Shown: positions 9,967 to 18,455 of the stretch, piece after piece
Numbering within the stretch: the stretch's first letter is position 1
Layout of the letters: every line of letters begins with the position of its first letter
NCBI GenBank assembly: GCA_033977065.1
Contig: JAXCHI010000002.1
Coordinates: 96,001-160,000, forward strand
Reading direction: 5' to 3'
DNA from: Candidatus Algichlamydia australiensis
GTDB taxonomy: Bacteria > Chlamydiota > Chlamydiia > Chlamydiales > JAJFMI01
DNA: 64,000 nucleotides
Program-made: the position numbers and the translations under genes
The notes under the pieces: generated by a model
Seen by the model: only the letters and a program-made list of their open reading frames with translations
Told to the model about the DNA's origin: nothing
Database searches by the model: none

Positions 9967-11473
9967 TCAAGAGATTATTCTCAAGGGCGTTTCTATCAGC
10001 CCAGGTATTGCTTGGGGTACTTTGCACCGCCTCCTTCCCCTTGCCCCTGAGCCTGGTACTACGATTACTGGTGCACAAGTAGAGACGGAGATCGCCCGCT
10101 TTCGAAAAGCAGTTGCCTCCTCTCGTAGAGATTTAAAAAATCTCCAAGGAAATATGCGAGAAAAAGAAGAGATCTTCACTATTCTTGATACGCATATCAA
10201 AATGCTTGATGATCCTAAAATTACAAGAAAAGTAGAGGAGCGCATTCGTGGATCGCTTCTTGGGAAAGAGACGGTTTTTCGCCAAGTAGTTGGGGAGATT
10301 GAAAAGCGTTTTTCAGCTATGTCAAGCAGCATTTTTCGTGAACGCTTTCTTGATGTGAAAGATCTCTCCCGTCGTATTTTAGGCCACTTGAGAGAAAAAC
10401 GGATAAACTTCACCAAAACTCCTAAGAAAAATAAGATTATTTGGTCAGAAGAGTTAATGCCCTCGGACATTGTTGAAGAAGAAATTCTAGGGTATGTCAG
10501 CCATCTTGGAGGTAGAACCTCTCATGCGGCTCTACTTGCAAGAGCTCGTGGTGTTCCCTTTATTTCGGGGATAGAACTGGAAAAAGAGCATGATGGAAAA
10601 GAAATTTTTCTTGATGGTGAGGAAGGAGTTGTTGTGATCAATCCAACTGAAGAGAGAAAGCAGAGTAAAAAGGGAAGAAAAAAAACCGACTATTTTCCAC
10701 CTAATGAAGAGATTAAAATTTTTGCCAATATCGATAGCCTAGAAAACCTACATCTTCTTGCAAAAGCACCAATTCATGGTATTGGACTTGTGCGAACAGA
10801 ATTTCTTTTTCCTCCCAGTGAACTTTTTTCTGTGAGTGTACAGGAGCAAGCTGATGTGTATGAGAAGATCATTGAAGCAGCAAATGGTATGCCAGTAAAC
10901 TTTCGCATATTTGATGTAGGAGCAGATAAGAGAAATGGGATTTTCGAACCCAATCCAGCACTTGGTATGCGCGGTATTCGCTATCATCTGCATTTTTCTC
11001 AATTTTTCCGTCGCCAACTTTCAGCACTCTTTTCTGCTGCAAAAGAAGAGCTGCGAATCATGTTGCCCATGATTGCTGATTTAGAAGAACTGCGCCTTGC
11101 AAAAAAGATTATTTTTGAAGTGCAAAAAGAACTGCAATACAAAGGCTTGCTCCAAATTGGGGTTATGATCGAACTACCCTCAAGTGCCATTTTAGCAGAT
11201 TTAATTGCCCAAGAGTGTGACTTTCTCTCTATTGGAAGCAACGATCTTACTCAGTACACACTTGCATGCGATCGTTTGAGCCCCTATGTTGCCTACTCAC
11301 CAATTCACGAATCTCTGCTACGCTTGTTCAAAATGATAATAGAAAAGGCAGGAGATGTTCCTGTTTGTTTATGCGGCGAAATTGCATCTGATCTTGAGCA
11401 TCGCAAAACGCTTATTGAAGTAGGAATTAAAAGCTTTTCTTGTTCTATAGCCCGAATGGAAGGCCTGGAATAG
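9935..11473 (+). CDS. ptsI: PTS enzyme I
   Basis: GGRTSHAALLAR phospho-His motif, GIGLVRTEF, EPNPALGMRGIR, SIGSNDLTQY. Confidence 0.92.
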   Translation: MPSQEGVKQTSQEIILKGVSISPGIAWGTLHRLLPLAPEPGTTITGAQVETEIARFRKAVASSRRDLKNLQGNMREKEEIFTILDTHIKMLDDPKITRKVEERIRGSLLGKETVFRQVVGEIEKRFSAMSSSIFRERFLDVKDLSRRILGHLREKRINFTKTPKKNKIIWSEELMPSDIVEEEILGYVSHLGGRTSHAALLARARGVPFISGIELEKEHDGKEIFLDGEEGVVVINPTEERKQSKKGRKKTDYFPPNEEIKIFANIDSLENLHLLAKAPIHGIGLVRTEFLFPPSELFSVSVQEQADVYEKIIEAANGMPVNFRIFDVGADKRNGIFEPNPALGMRGIRYHLHFSQFFRRQLSALFSAAKEELRIMLPMIADLEELRLAKKIIFEVQKELQYKGLLQIGVMIELPSSAILADLIAQECDFLSIGSNDLTQYTLACDRLSPYVAYSPIHESLLRLFKMIIEKAGDVPVCLCGEIASDLEHRKTLIEVGIKSFSCSIARMEGLE

Positions 11474-11738
11474 AGAGTGAAGAGCCCTCCTCTTCAATTT
11501 TTTTGTATGCATCTTTAAAAGCACCAAAAATAAGGTCTTCTAATCCTTCAGCGTCTTCGAGGCATTCAGGGGAGATTTGAATCTTTTTCAGCTCTTTTTC
11601 ACCGTTAAGAGTGATCTGAACGAGATTGCCGCCTGCAGTCCCAACAACTTCTTTTTTCTTTAATTCATCAGATAGCTGGCGCATTTGATCTTCCATCATG
11701 CGCGCCTGCTTTTTCATTTTTGAAAATCCACTTCCCAT
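11445..11738 (-). CDS. ybaB: YbaB/EbfC nucleoid-associated protein
   Basis: GTAGGNLVQITLNG, LEDLI motifs; downstream of dnaX. Confidence 0.9.
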   Translation of the reverse strand: MGSGFSKMKKQARMMEDQMRQLSDELKKKEVVGTAGGNLVQITLNGEKELKKIQISPECLEDAEGLEDLIFGAFKDAYKKIEEEGSSLSIPGLPFGL

Positions 11739-11786
11739 AGAGCCATTCTACCACAGCTTTGATTAAAATAATAATCTTTATTTTTT

Positions 11787-11949
11787 AAACTCAAGTTACT
11801 ACCCCCTTCCCCCTCTGGAGAGACCCTTTTTGCGATCTGTTTAGTTTAAAATTTCAGAAATGTTTAACAAACATTCCTTCAATTTGAAATTAAACATCTC
11901 ATCAAAAATCCCTCTCTCCATAGGAGAAACTGGGTAGCAACTTGAGTTT
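11787..11949. repeat. 163-bp imperfect hairpin (MITE-like) element, type C
   Basis: Termini AAACTCAAGTTACTACCC / GGGTAGCAACTTGAGTTT; arms pair along the whole length around the loop in AATGTTT-AAC-AAACATT. Confidence 0.85.
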
Positions 11950-11955
11950 TTTAAA

Positions 11956-13494
11956 TCATTTGTTTACAGATCCATTGAGCTCGACACCCGCAAAGCGCAA
12001 AAGCGTATCGTAATTCGCAGCCTCTTTTTGAGGTGTTTCTACTTTTGGAGCAGTAGGGATTTCGGCTACAGGTTTAGGAGTTTCAATTTTTACGGTAGGG
12101 GAGGCTGCAGCTTTTGGGGCAGGCGAAGCTTCAACTTTTTGTGTAGAAGCAGTTTCAACTATAGGCTTTGGAGGGTCAGCCTTAGGAGCAGCGGTGGGTT
12201 CAGCTATAGGTTTAGGAGTTTCAGTTTTTGTAGTAGGGGGAGCTTCAACTATAGGCTTTGGAGGTTCAATCTTAGGAGCAGCAGGGGTTTCGGTTACAGG
12301 TTTAAGGGGTTCTATTTTTGGGCTAGGGGGGGCTGCAACTTTTGGGGTAGAAATAGTTTCAACTATAGGCTTTGGAGTTGCGACACCTGATGCGGGTTGA
12401 GAGAGCTCTTTTTCCAATTTTTCTAGTCTTTCTACCAACAACTCTGGGTGCAGGCGTTTTTGCATGCGCAAAAGCTTTAAAAGGATCACTTCTAGGTGAA
12501 TAAAAGAGATTGTTTGAGAAGAGAGAGCATTGACCAATAGATCGAGACCTTGGATCAAAAAATCCTTGCTTAGAGCGACTTGTTTGCCTGTCAATGAGGC
12601 GCGTAAATGCAAGCGCAGATGTTCGGAGAGACCAACAAGAAAGGCTTTTGGTTCTTTTCCTTCCTCTTTTAGCTTTTCAACTAAGGTAAAGGCAAAGTTT
12701 AAGTTGTGCTCTTTTGCAGCGGCGTCAAACGAAATGAAGTCTTCATCTGTTGGAAGACCAAGTACTTCCTCGATATTTTGTTTTGTTAGTTGCGTGTCTG
12801 TAAAGAGGAGCATCTTTTCAAGTAGTGATTCTGCATCGCGTACACTACCTTGAGCAAGCTTTGCTAAAGACTCCAATGCATCTTTTTCTGCTGGCACGCC
12901 ATATGCATCACAAATCCCACTTAATTTTTTTCCGATCTCCTCTCCACTTAGGCTTTTAAGAGGGAAGCGCTGGCAGCGACTTAGAATTGTAGTGGGAACT
13001 TTTTGGGGCTCAGTTGTGGCAAAGAAGAATTTTACTGTTGCAGGAGGCTCCTCTAATGTTTTCAAAAGCGCATTGAAAGCCTCTTTTGTTAGCATATGAA
13101 CTTCGTCAATAATATAAATCTTGAATTTACCTTGAGAGGGGGCATACGCAGCACTCTCCGTAATTTGGCGCACATCATCAATCCCGCGATTTGAAGCACC
13201 ATCAATCTCAATTACATCAAGCGAACTGCCCGACATGATCTCTTTACACGAGGCGCACTCATTGCACGGCTCTCCATCAACGCCTCTATTTTGACAATTC
13301 AAGGCTTTGGCAAAAATTCGAGCTAATGTCGTCTTTCCTGTACCGCGAATTCCTGAAAAGAGGTAGGCATACCCGACACGGCCTTTTATTAAAGAGTTTT
13401 TAAGAACTTCAACAACGCTGTTCTGACCCAGTACTTCTGAAAAAGTTTTGGGTCGATATTTTCTTGTGATGGGGATGTAGTGTTCCATATCCAC
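11956..13494 (-). CDS. dnaX: DNA polymerase III gamma/tau
   Basis: RKYRPKTF, GIRGTGKT, CNECASC, IDEVHML, SRCQRF. Confidence 0.97.
   Translation of the reverse strand: MDMEHYIPITRKYRPKTFSEVLGQNSVVEVLKNSLIKGRVGYAYLFSGIRGTGKTTLARIFAKALNCQNRGVDGEPCNECASCKEIMSGSSLDVIEIDGASNRGIDDVRQITESAAYAPSQGKFKIYIIDEVHMLTKEAFNALLKTLEEPPATVKFFFATTEPQKVPTTILSRCQRFPLKSLSGEEIGKKLSGICDAYGVPAEKDALESLAKLAQGSVRDAESLLEKMLLFTDTQLTKQNIEEVLGLPTDEDFISFDAAAKEHNLNFAFTLVEKLKEEGKEPKAFLVGLSEHLRLHLRASLTGKQVALSKDFLIQGLDLLVNALSSQTISFIHLEVILLKLLRMQKRLHPELLVERLEKLEKELSQPASGVATPKPIVETISTPKVAAPPSPKIEPLKPVTETPAAPKIEPPKPIVEAPPTTKTETPKPIAEPTAAPKADPPKPIVETASTQKVEASPAPKAAASPTVKIETPKPVAEIPTAPKVETPQKEAANYDTLLRFAGVELNGSVNK
12030..12380 (-). 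repeat. Degenerate ~45-bp tandem coding repeats (Pro/Lys/Thr-rich linker) in dnaX
   Basis: Recurring ~15-aa units such as PKPIVEAPPTTKTET and PKPIAEPTAAPKADP; TTCAACTATAGGCTTTGGAG occurs three times. Confidence 0.8.
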
Positions 13495-13663
13495 TCAATA
13501 TACCCCACTTTCGAATAAAAAAATCAGTATGAAAATAAGTCGGGGGTCAGCCCCCCGCGCCCCCTTCGTCTCCATCTCGCTTCATAGAATCGCGTCCTCG
13601 GCTTAGGGGTGTACGCAGTACTACCCCGTGCGCCTGCGGTACGATTCTATTTTGCGATAATAT

Positions 13664-13830
13664 GCCAGCCGAGATATTGCTCTCTTCCCCTTTTGGAAAA
13701 ATTCTTTTTGCGATCTGTGCAATTCCGATTTTCAGAAATGTTTTTTTAAACATTCCTTTCAAATTGCAATCACACATCTCATCAAAAATTATTTCCTCCA
13801 AAAGAGGAAGAGAGCAATATCTTGGCTGGC
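13664..13830. repeat. 167-bp imperfect hairpin element, type D (core shared with type C)
   Basis: Termini GCCAGCCGAGATATTGCTCTCTTCC / GGAAGAGAGCAATATCTTGGCTGGC; core TTTTTGCGATCTGT...TTTCAGAAATGTTT...AAACATTCCTT...ACATCTCATCAAAAAT as in 11787-11949. Confidence 0.85.
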
Positions 13831-14117
13831 CCCGTGGTTCCACTTCGCGCCCAAGCAGCTTTTTTCGAAAAAACAAAAAAATTAGTCGCACATGTTGACG
13901 CGAGAAGGGGCCTGCGAAGTGAAAGCGCAATTATTCACTGTTTTCTCCAATGGTAAACGCGAAACAACAACCTATAATTGTTATGTGATATACCTGATTG
14001 CGCCTACCGGTAATTCCAACAAACGTTTTTCTTTCTGGACCTAGAGGATAAACGTTTATTTTTTCGCTCGTTTTCCCTTGGGATGTCCATGTTGTTTTAA
14101 CAGTAACAGAAATCGAC

Positions 14118-14286
14118 CTAGTACTCTGTAACAGAAATTTTTAGCATTATTTTTACGTCAAAGCCTCGGGATTGAACTATCGAAAATCACCTCGTATTTG
14201 ATTAATACTAGGTGACTTGCGATAGCCCAATCGCGAGAGCTTTCACGTTAAAAAGAATAGCAAAAATTTTTGTTACAGAGTACTAG
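14118..14286. mobile_element. MITE-like hairpin unit A1
   Basis: CTAG-TACTCTGTAACAG...TGTTACAGAGTA-CTAG; ~80-bp imperfect arms with short loop. Confidence 0.9.
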
Positions 14287-14693
14287 TACTCTGTAACAGA
14301 AAATTTTAGTATTATTTTTAACGTGAAAGCCTTCGCATAAAAATGGATCCCAAACGTGAAAAGTAAAGCGATTGTATGTGATTGAAAAAGCTGTCTAGAC
14401 CTTGCAAAGTTTTCTGCAAAACAAAAAAAAACAGCCGCGCAAGCGACGTGAAAGGGGCCCCTCCCGAAACAAAGTGGAGGGTGGGGAATGAACGCGCGAT
14501 GCGCTCGATGGCTTCAGATTGGCTTTGAAAAATTGCGGTGCAGGAGGAAGAAGTAGTGCTTTGCACGGTTTTCCGACGAAACGCAATTTGGCATGCCAAG
14601 GTGAAGCTCAAAGGGCAGCGGGGATTTGCCCGACTGTCTCTATTGGCTGTTTTTTTAAATTAAACACTAAGATTTTCTGTTACAGAGTACTAG
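14283..14693. mobile_element. MITE-like unit B (411 bp, same terminal inverted repeats, GC-rich cargo)
   Basis: Same TIR as A at both ends; right half repeated at 1-202; no transposase-like ORF. Confidence 0.85.
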
Positions 14694-14858
14694 TACTCTG
14701 TAACAGAAAATTTTAGCATTATTTTTACGTCAAAGCCTCGGGATTGAACTATCGAAAATCACCTCGTATTTGGTTAATACTAGGTGACTTGCGATAGCCC
14801 AATCGCGAGAGCTTTCACGCTAAAAAGAATAGCAAAATTTTCTGTTACAGAGTACTAG
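14690..14858. mobile_element. MITE-like hairpin unit A2
   Basis: Direct repeat of A1 with ~5 differences in 169 bp; CTAG at both ends. Confidence 0.9.
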
Positions 14859-15268
14859 TAGGATGCTGATTTACTACATAAACTCTAGATCCATAATTTC
14901 CACCAACATGTATGTGCTCTAAGCGCGCATAGCCTCCGCAATTATTGACTTGTCCATCGTCTGCAACCTTGATACTTTCGTCGTGAAGGTCTGTCCATGA
15001 ATCATCTTCTTCGTAGAATGGTAGCGGGTTCTCGGTTTCATTTATTCCGTAAGCAGGATTGAAAAGTCCAGCAGCACATGAGACCAACAAAACAAAAAAA
15101 GGCATTTTTTTTACGTTCATTTTAAACTCCTATCTATTGGGTGGCTTCTAAAAAACTCAAGTTCTAAAAAAAGTTCCTTTAAGCCCTGGAACAGGTTAAT
15201 GAATTCTTTTTGCCTTGGCAAGAAATTTTTAATCTATTGCTTTCCCTAGAATGTGCCCTTAAACTTAT

Positions 15269-15435
15269 CTAGATAGTGTCGTCAAAAGGCTATAATCAGA
15301 TTATTTTTCATGTTTGCAGCTTATTTTTGTGCGGAAATTGAAGCTGAATTTGTAAATTCCGCTTCATTTGAGCACAAAAATGGAGCCCAAACATGAAAAA
15401 TAAGATGGTTGTATGCTTTTGACGACGCTATCTAG
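15269..15435. repeat. 167-bp CTAG-bounded hairpin element, type E
   Basis: CTAGATAGTGTCGTCAAAAG...CTTTTGACGACGCTATCTAG; arms pair throughout. Confidence 0.85.
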
Positions 15436-15565
15436 ACATCGTCTAAAAATTCACCCAAAGAAAATTAGCCCCGTCCCAGTATAGCAGCTACTTTTATTTT
15501 TTTTTAAATGAATTCTTAAAAGGAGGTTTGCGGGGAAATAGTGGGGGGAGTAGAATGTAAACTGT

Positions 15566-17668
15566 ATGGCAGACGAAGCCAAAGAGAGGAAATCTCTCAA
15601 ATTTTTTCGTTACCTCAAGGAACGTGACCGAGGAAAGCGCTTCGCGATTGGTTTTGCGCTTTTAATTACTCTTACTCTTTTCTTGCACTTTCGCGAAGTG
15701 CGCGTGGAAATGCTTGACCCTGGATCAATGGCGCAGCGCTATGTTGTCGCCCAGGTCGACTTTGATTATGCAGATAAACAGGCGACCAATATTTTGCGCC
15801 AGCAAGCAATGGCCGAAATTGGACCGATCTACAAGCTTTTTACAAAAGAGATCAACCAGAAACGTTTAGAGTTTGAAGAGTCTATTGGTGAGGGCAAAAT
15901 TTCTACAAAAGGGGCAAGTGCTCAAGACCTTTTTAATGCAAGCGATGAGGTCGATAATGCACTTACTCTCCTTCTCTTCACGACACCGGCTACAAAGAAA
16001 AAAATGGAAGAGGTGGGCATCGATGTCTCTAGAGTAGAAAATCTACCTTCGATACAAAGCAATGAGACAGTTAGCCTTCCTCCAGTTGTTTGGCAGCAGG
16101 TACGTATCAAGGGAAAGAATCTTAATCCCAGAGCGCTCGATATTGTTATCCAATACTACAGTCAATTTGGGTGGTCACTAAAAGAGGATGTCGCAGAAGA
16201 GCAGAGTGTTCGTGATTTGATTGCTTCTCAGGTTCCAGAAAAACGCCTGCGAGTCAAAGCGGGTAGTTCAATTGTCGAGCAGGGCGAAAGGGTGACTTCG
16301 CGCCATGTTAATATGATGCAGGGAATGAAGGAAGCTCTATCTGAAAAGCAGAGTCTCCTCCACCCCATGACGATTTTAGGAAGCTTTGTCTTTGCGCTAA
16401 TCATTGTTGTTCTAGGTGCCTTTTATTTTGAAATTTATAAAAGAAAGTTCTTTGAATCGACAAGACAGATGGGGCTCTATTGCACAATTGTCATCGTCAC
16501 TTTGATTTTGGCAAAAGTCACAGAGTATACACTGCTGCATAGTAGCAATCATCTGATTGACTTGGCGCGCTACCCCCTCTTCACACCATTTCTTGCTATT
16601 TTGCTCTGTATTTTGCTCGACCAAGAGATTGCTCTTTTTTCCGCTCTTTTCTACTCAGCAATCATTGCAATCTCTCTCTCTTTCGACAGCAATCGCGTGC
16701 TTATTTTAAATTTTATTGCGGCAATTGTCGCAATTTTAGCTACGCGTAATTTGCGCCGTCGTAAAGAGGTTTTTGTAGTATGTGCAAAAGTATGGCTTGC
16801 TACTCTGCCTATCTTAATTGGGTTTAATCTTGTTTTTAATGCCGTTTGGAGTCTTTCCACATTAACAGACTTAATTTCCACTCTTGTCTTTCTTGTTGCA
16901 ACAGCCATCATTGTTGCTGGAATTCTTCCCATTTTTGAATCTATTTTTCATACAACAACAGACATCACGTTGATGGAATATACAGATCCCAATAATGAAC
17001 TCCTCAGAAGGTTGAGCATTGAAGCCCCAGGGACTTATCAGCACTGCCTTGTTGTTGGATCGTTAGCAGAGGCGGCCGCGCAAGCAATCGGTGCCAATGG
17101 TCTTTTCTGTCGCGTTGCTACTCTCTATCACGATATTGGAAAACTCAATAATCCCCACTACTTTACGGAAAATCAGATGGGTGGTTTTAACATCCATCAA
17201 CTGCTAACCCCACTTGAATCGACTCAAGTTATTATTTCTCATGTGCCTGATGGAGCAGCTTTAGGACGTAAACATGGTCTTCCAGAAAGCTTTATTGATG
17301 TGATTGAGCAGCATCATGGAACAACGCTTGTCTACTACTTTTATTGCAAACAGATCGAGCAGATGGGGGGGGATGCAGATAGTGTTAATGAGTCACAATT
17401 CCGTTATCCAGGACCCAAACCGGGTTCAAAAGAGACTGCAATCATCATGATTGCAGATACAGTTGAGGCAGCTTCCCGCTCACTTGAAGATGTGAACGAA
17501 GAGAAACTCATGGAGATGGTTAACCGTCTCATTTCAGACAAGGCCGAAGAGGGGCAATTTGATGAGTGTGACCTCACCTTCCAAGAGCTGGGAAAAATCA
17601 AAAAGGCTCTTGTCAAAACGCTCTCTCTCGCCTTCCACACCAGGATTGTTTACCCTAAACGGAAGTAG
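15566..17668 (+). CDS. 7TM-HD phosphohydrolase (PgpH-like cyclic-di-AMP phosphodiesterase family)
   Basis: Extracellular domain, TM bundle, EAPGTYQH, YHDIGK, QHHGT, IMIADTVEAASR. Confidence 0.88.
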   Translation: MADEAKERKSLKFFRYLKERDRGKRFAIGFALLITLTLFLHFREVRVEMLDPGSMAQRYVVAQVDFDYADKQATNILRQQAMAEIGPIYKLFTKEINQKRLEFEESIGEGKISTKGASAQDLFNASDEVDNALTLLLFTTPATKKKMEEVGIDVSRVENLPSIQSNETVSLPPVVWQQVRIKGKNLNPRALDIVIQYYSQFGWSLKEDVAEEQSVRDLIASQVPEKRLRVKAGSSIVEQGERVTSRHVNMMQGMKEALSEKQSLLHPMTILGSFVFALIIVVLGAFYFEIYKRKFFESTRQMGLYCTIVIVTLILAKVTEYTLLHSSNHLIDLARYPLFTPFLAILLCILLDQEIALFSALFYSAIIAISLSFDSNRVLILNFIAAIVAILATRNLRRRKEVFVVCAKVWLATLPILIGFNLVFNAVWSLSTLTDLISTLVFLVATAIIVAGILPIFESIFHTTTDITLMEYTDPNNELLRRLSIEAPGTYQHCLVVGSLAEAAAQAIGANGLFCRVATLYHDIGKLNNPHYFTENQMGGFNIHQLLTPLESTQVIISHVPDGAALGRKHGLPESFIDVIEQHHGTTLVYYFYCKQIEQMGGDADSVNESQFRYPGPKPGSKETAIIMIADTVEAASRSLEDVNEEKLMEMVNRLISDKAEEGQFDECDLTFQELGKIKKALVKTLSLAFHTRIVYPKRK

Positions 17669-18455
17669 TAGGATAGCGCTTTCTTATCACTCTCTGTAAG
17701 AACTTTTCTACAAGTGCTGACGGAAACAGATAGTGTGCTAGAAAGAGCCCAAGACGGTAGTGCCAATTAAAAACGTAAAGAGCTTTCTCTTTTTCTATCT
17801 GTTTTAACAAGAGTCTTGCAGCTTTAGAAGAAGAAATAGCCCCACGGGCAGGGCGCTGTGGGTAGTTTTTTGCTGCTTTTACACGAAATGCGGTTTCAAT
17901 CTGGCCTGGGCAAGCGCAGAGAATACGGATACCAGAATTTTTTAGCTCCTGATCAAGACCTCTAGAAAAGTTTGTCACAAACGCTTTTGAAGCGCTGTAA
18001 ACGCAAAAAGTGGGATAGCTAAAGAATGATGCTGCAGATGAGATATTTAGGATAATTCCGCGTTTACCCGCTCTCTTCAACATTTTGGCACCAGCAAGTG
18101 TAATCTCTAAAAGAGCGTTGGCGTTGATATCCACAATTTCAATTTGCTCTTCGATTGTGTGCATAAGTGCTGGTCCATAGAGTCCCTTTCCCGCATTGTT
18201 GATAATAAGCTCCGGTTTATGCTCATTTATCAGAGTAGCAATCTCTTTGCGCGTTTCATCTTTTAAAAGGTTTCCTATATGTGTTGTTACGGCTGTTTTC
18301 TTTTGTAAGACCTGTTTGAGCTCAAGAAGGGATTCTTTTGATTTTGCCGTTAAGATAAGCTCTACTCCTCTTGATGCAAGCTGTTCTGCAACGCGAATAC
18401 CAAGATCGGAGGTCGCTCCTGTAATGAGAGCTTTTTTTATTTCATTAAGTTGCAT
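17655..18455 (-). CDS. Short-chain dehydrogenase/reductase
   Basis: [18 protein letters not shown]. Confidence 0.92.
   Translation of the reverse strand: MQLNEIKKALITGATSDLGIRVAEQLASRGVELILTAKSKESLLELKQVLQKKTAVTTHIGNLLKDETRKEIATLINEHKPELIINNAGKGLYGPALMHTIEEQIEIVDINANALLEITLAGAKMLKRAGKRGIILNISSAASFFSYPTFCVYSASKAFVTNFSRGLDQELKNSGIRILCACPGQIETAFRVKAAKNYPQRPARGAISSSKAARLLLKQIEKEKALYVFNWHYRLGLFLAHYLFPSALVEKFLQRVIRKRYPTTSV

Larger units (their letters stand above)
13931..15120 (-). pseudogene. Small secreted protein gene (~150 aa) interrupted by the MITE array
   Basis: Signal-peptide-like start MNVKKMPFFVLLVSCAAG; deleting 14122-14858 leaves 453 nt in frame: ...VVNQHPT-RSISVTVKTTWTSQGKTSEKINVYPLGPERKTFVGITGRRNQVYHITIIGCCFAFTIGENSE*. 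Confidence 0.85.

Noticed and set aside
11787..11949. Integron attC sites for the hairpin elements
   Set aside because: No consistent RYYYAAC/GTTRRRY boxes, no integrase, and the flanking genes are housekeeping rather than cassettes
13540..13930. SRP RNA upstream of dnaX, and ORFs 13547-13930 / 13662-13898
   Set aside because: AAGCAGC is present but the rest of the SRP domain IV motif is not; the ORFs run through hairpin repeats and resemble no protein family
14318..14716. Short ORFs inside element B as transposase or peptide genes
   Set aside because: No DDE, HUH or recombinase motifs; an indel between the two B copies shifts frames crossing the T-run
14118..14858. CRISPR array (recurring palindromic repeat)
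   Set aside because: Intervening segments are ~130-370 bp, two are near-identical, the outer repeats are half-sites, and no cas genes are visible; this fits abutting terminal inverted repeats
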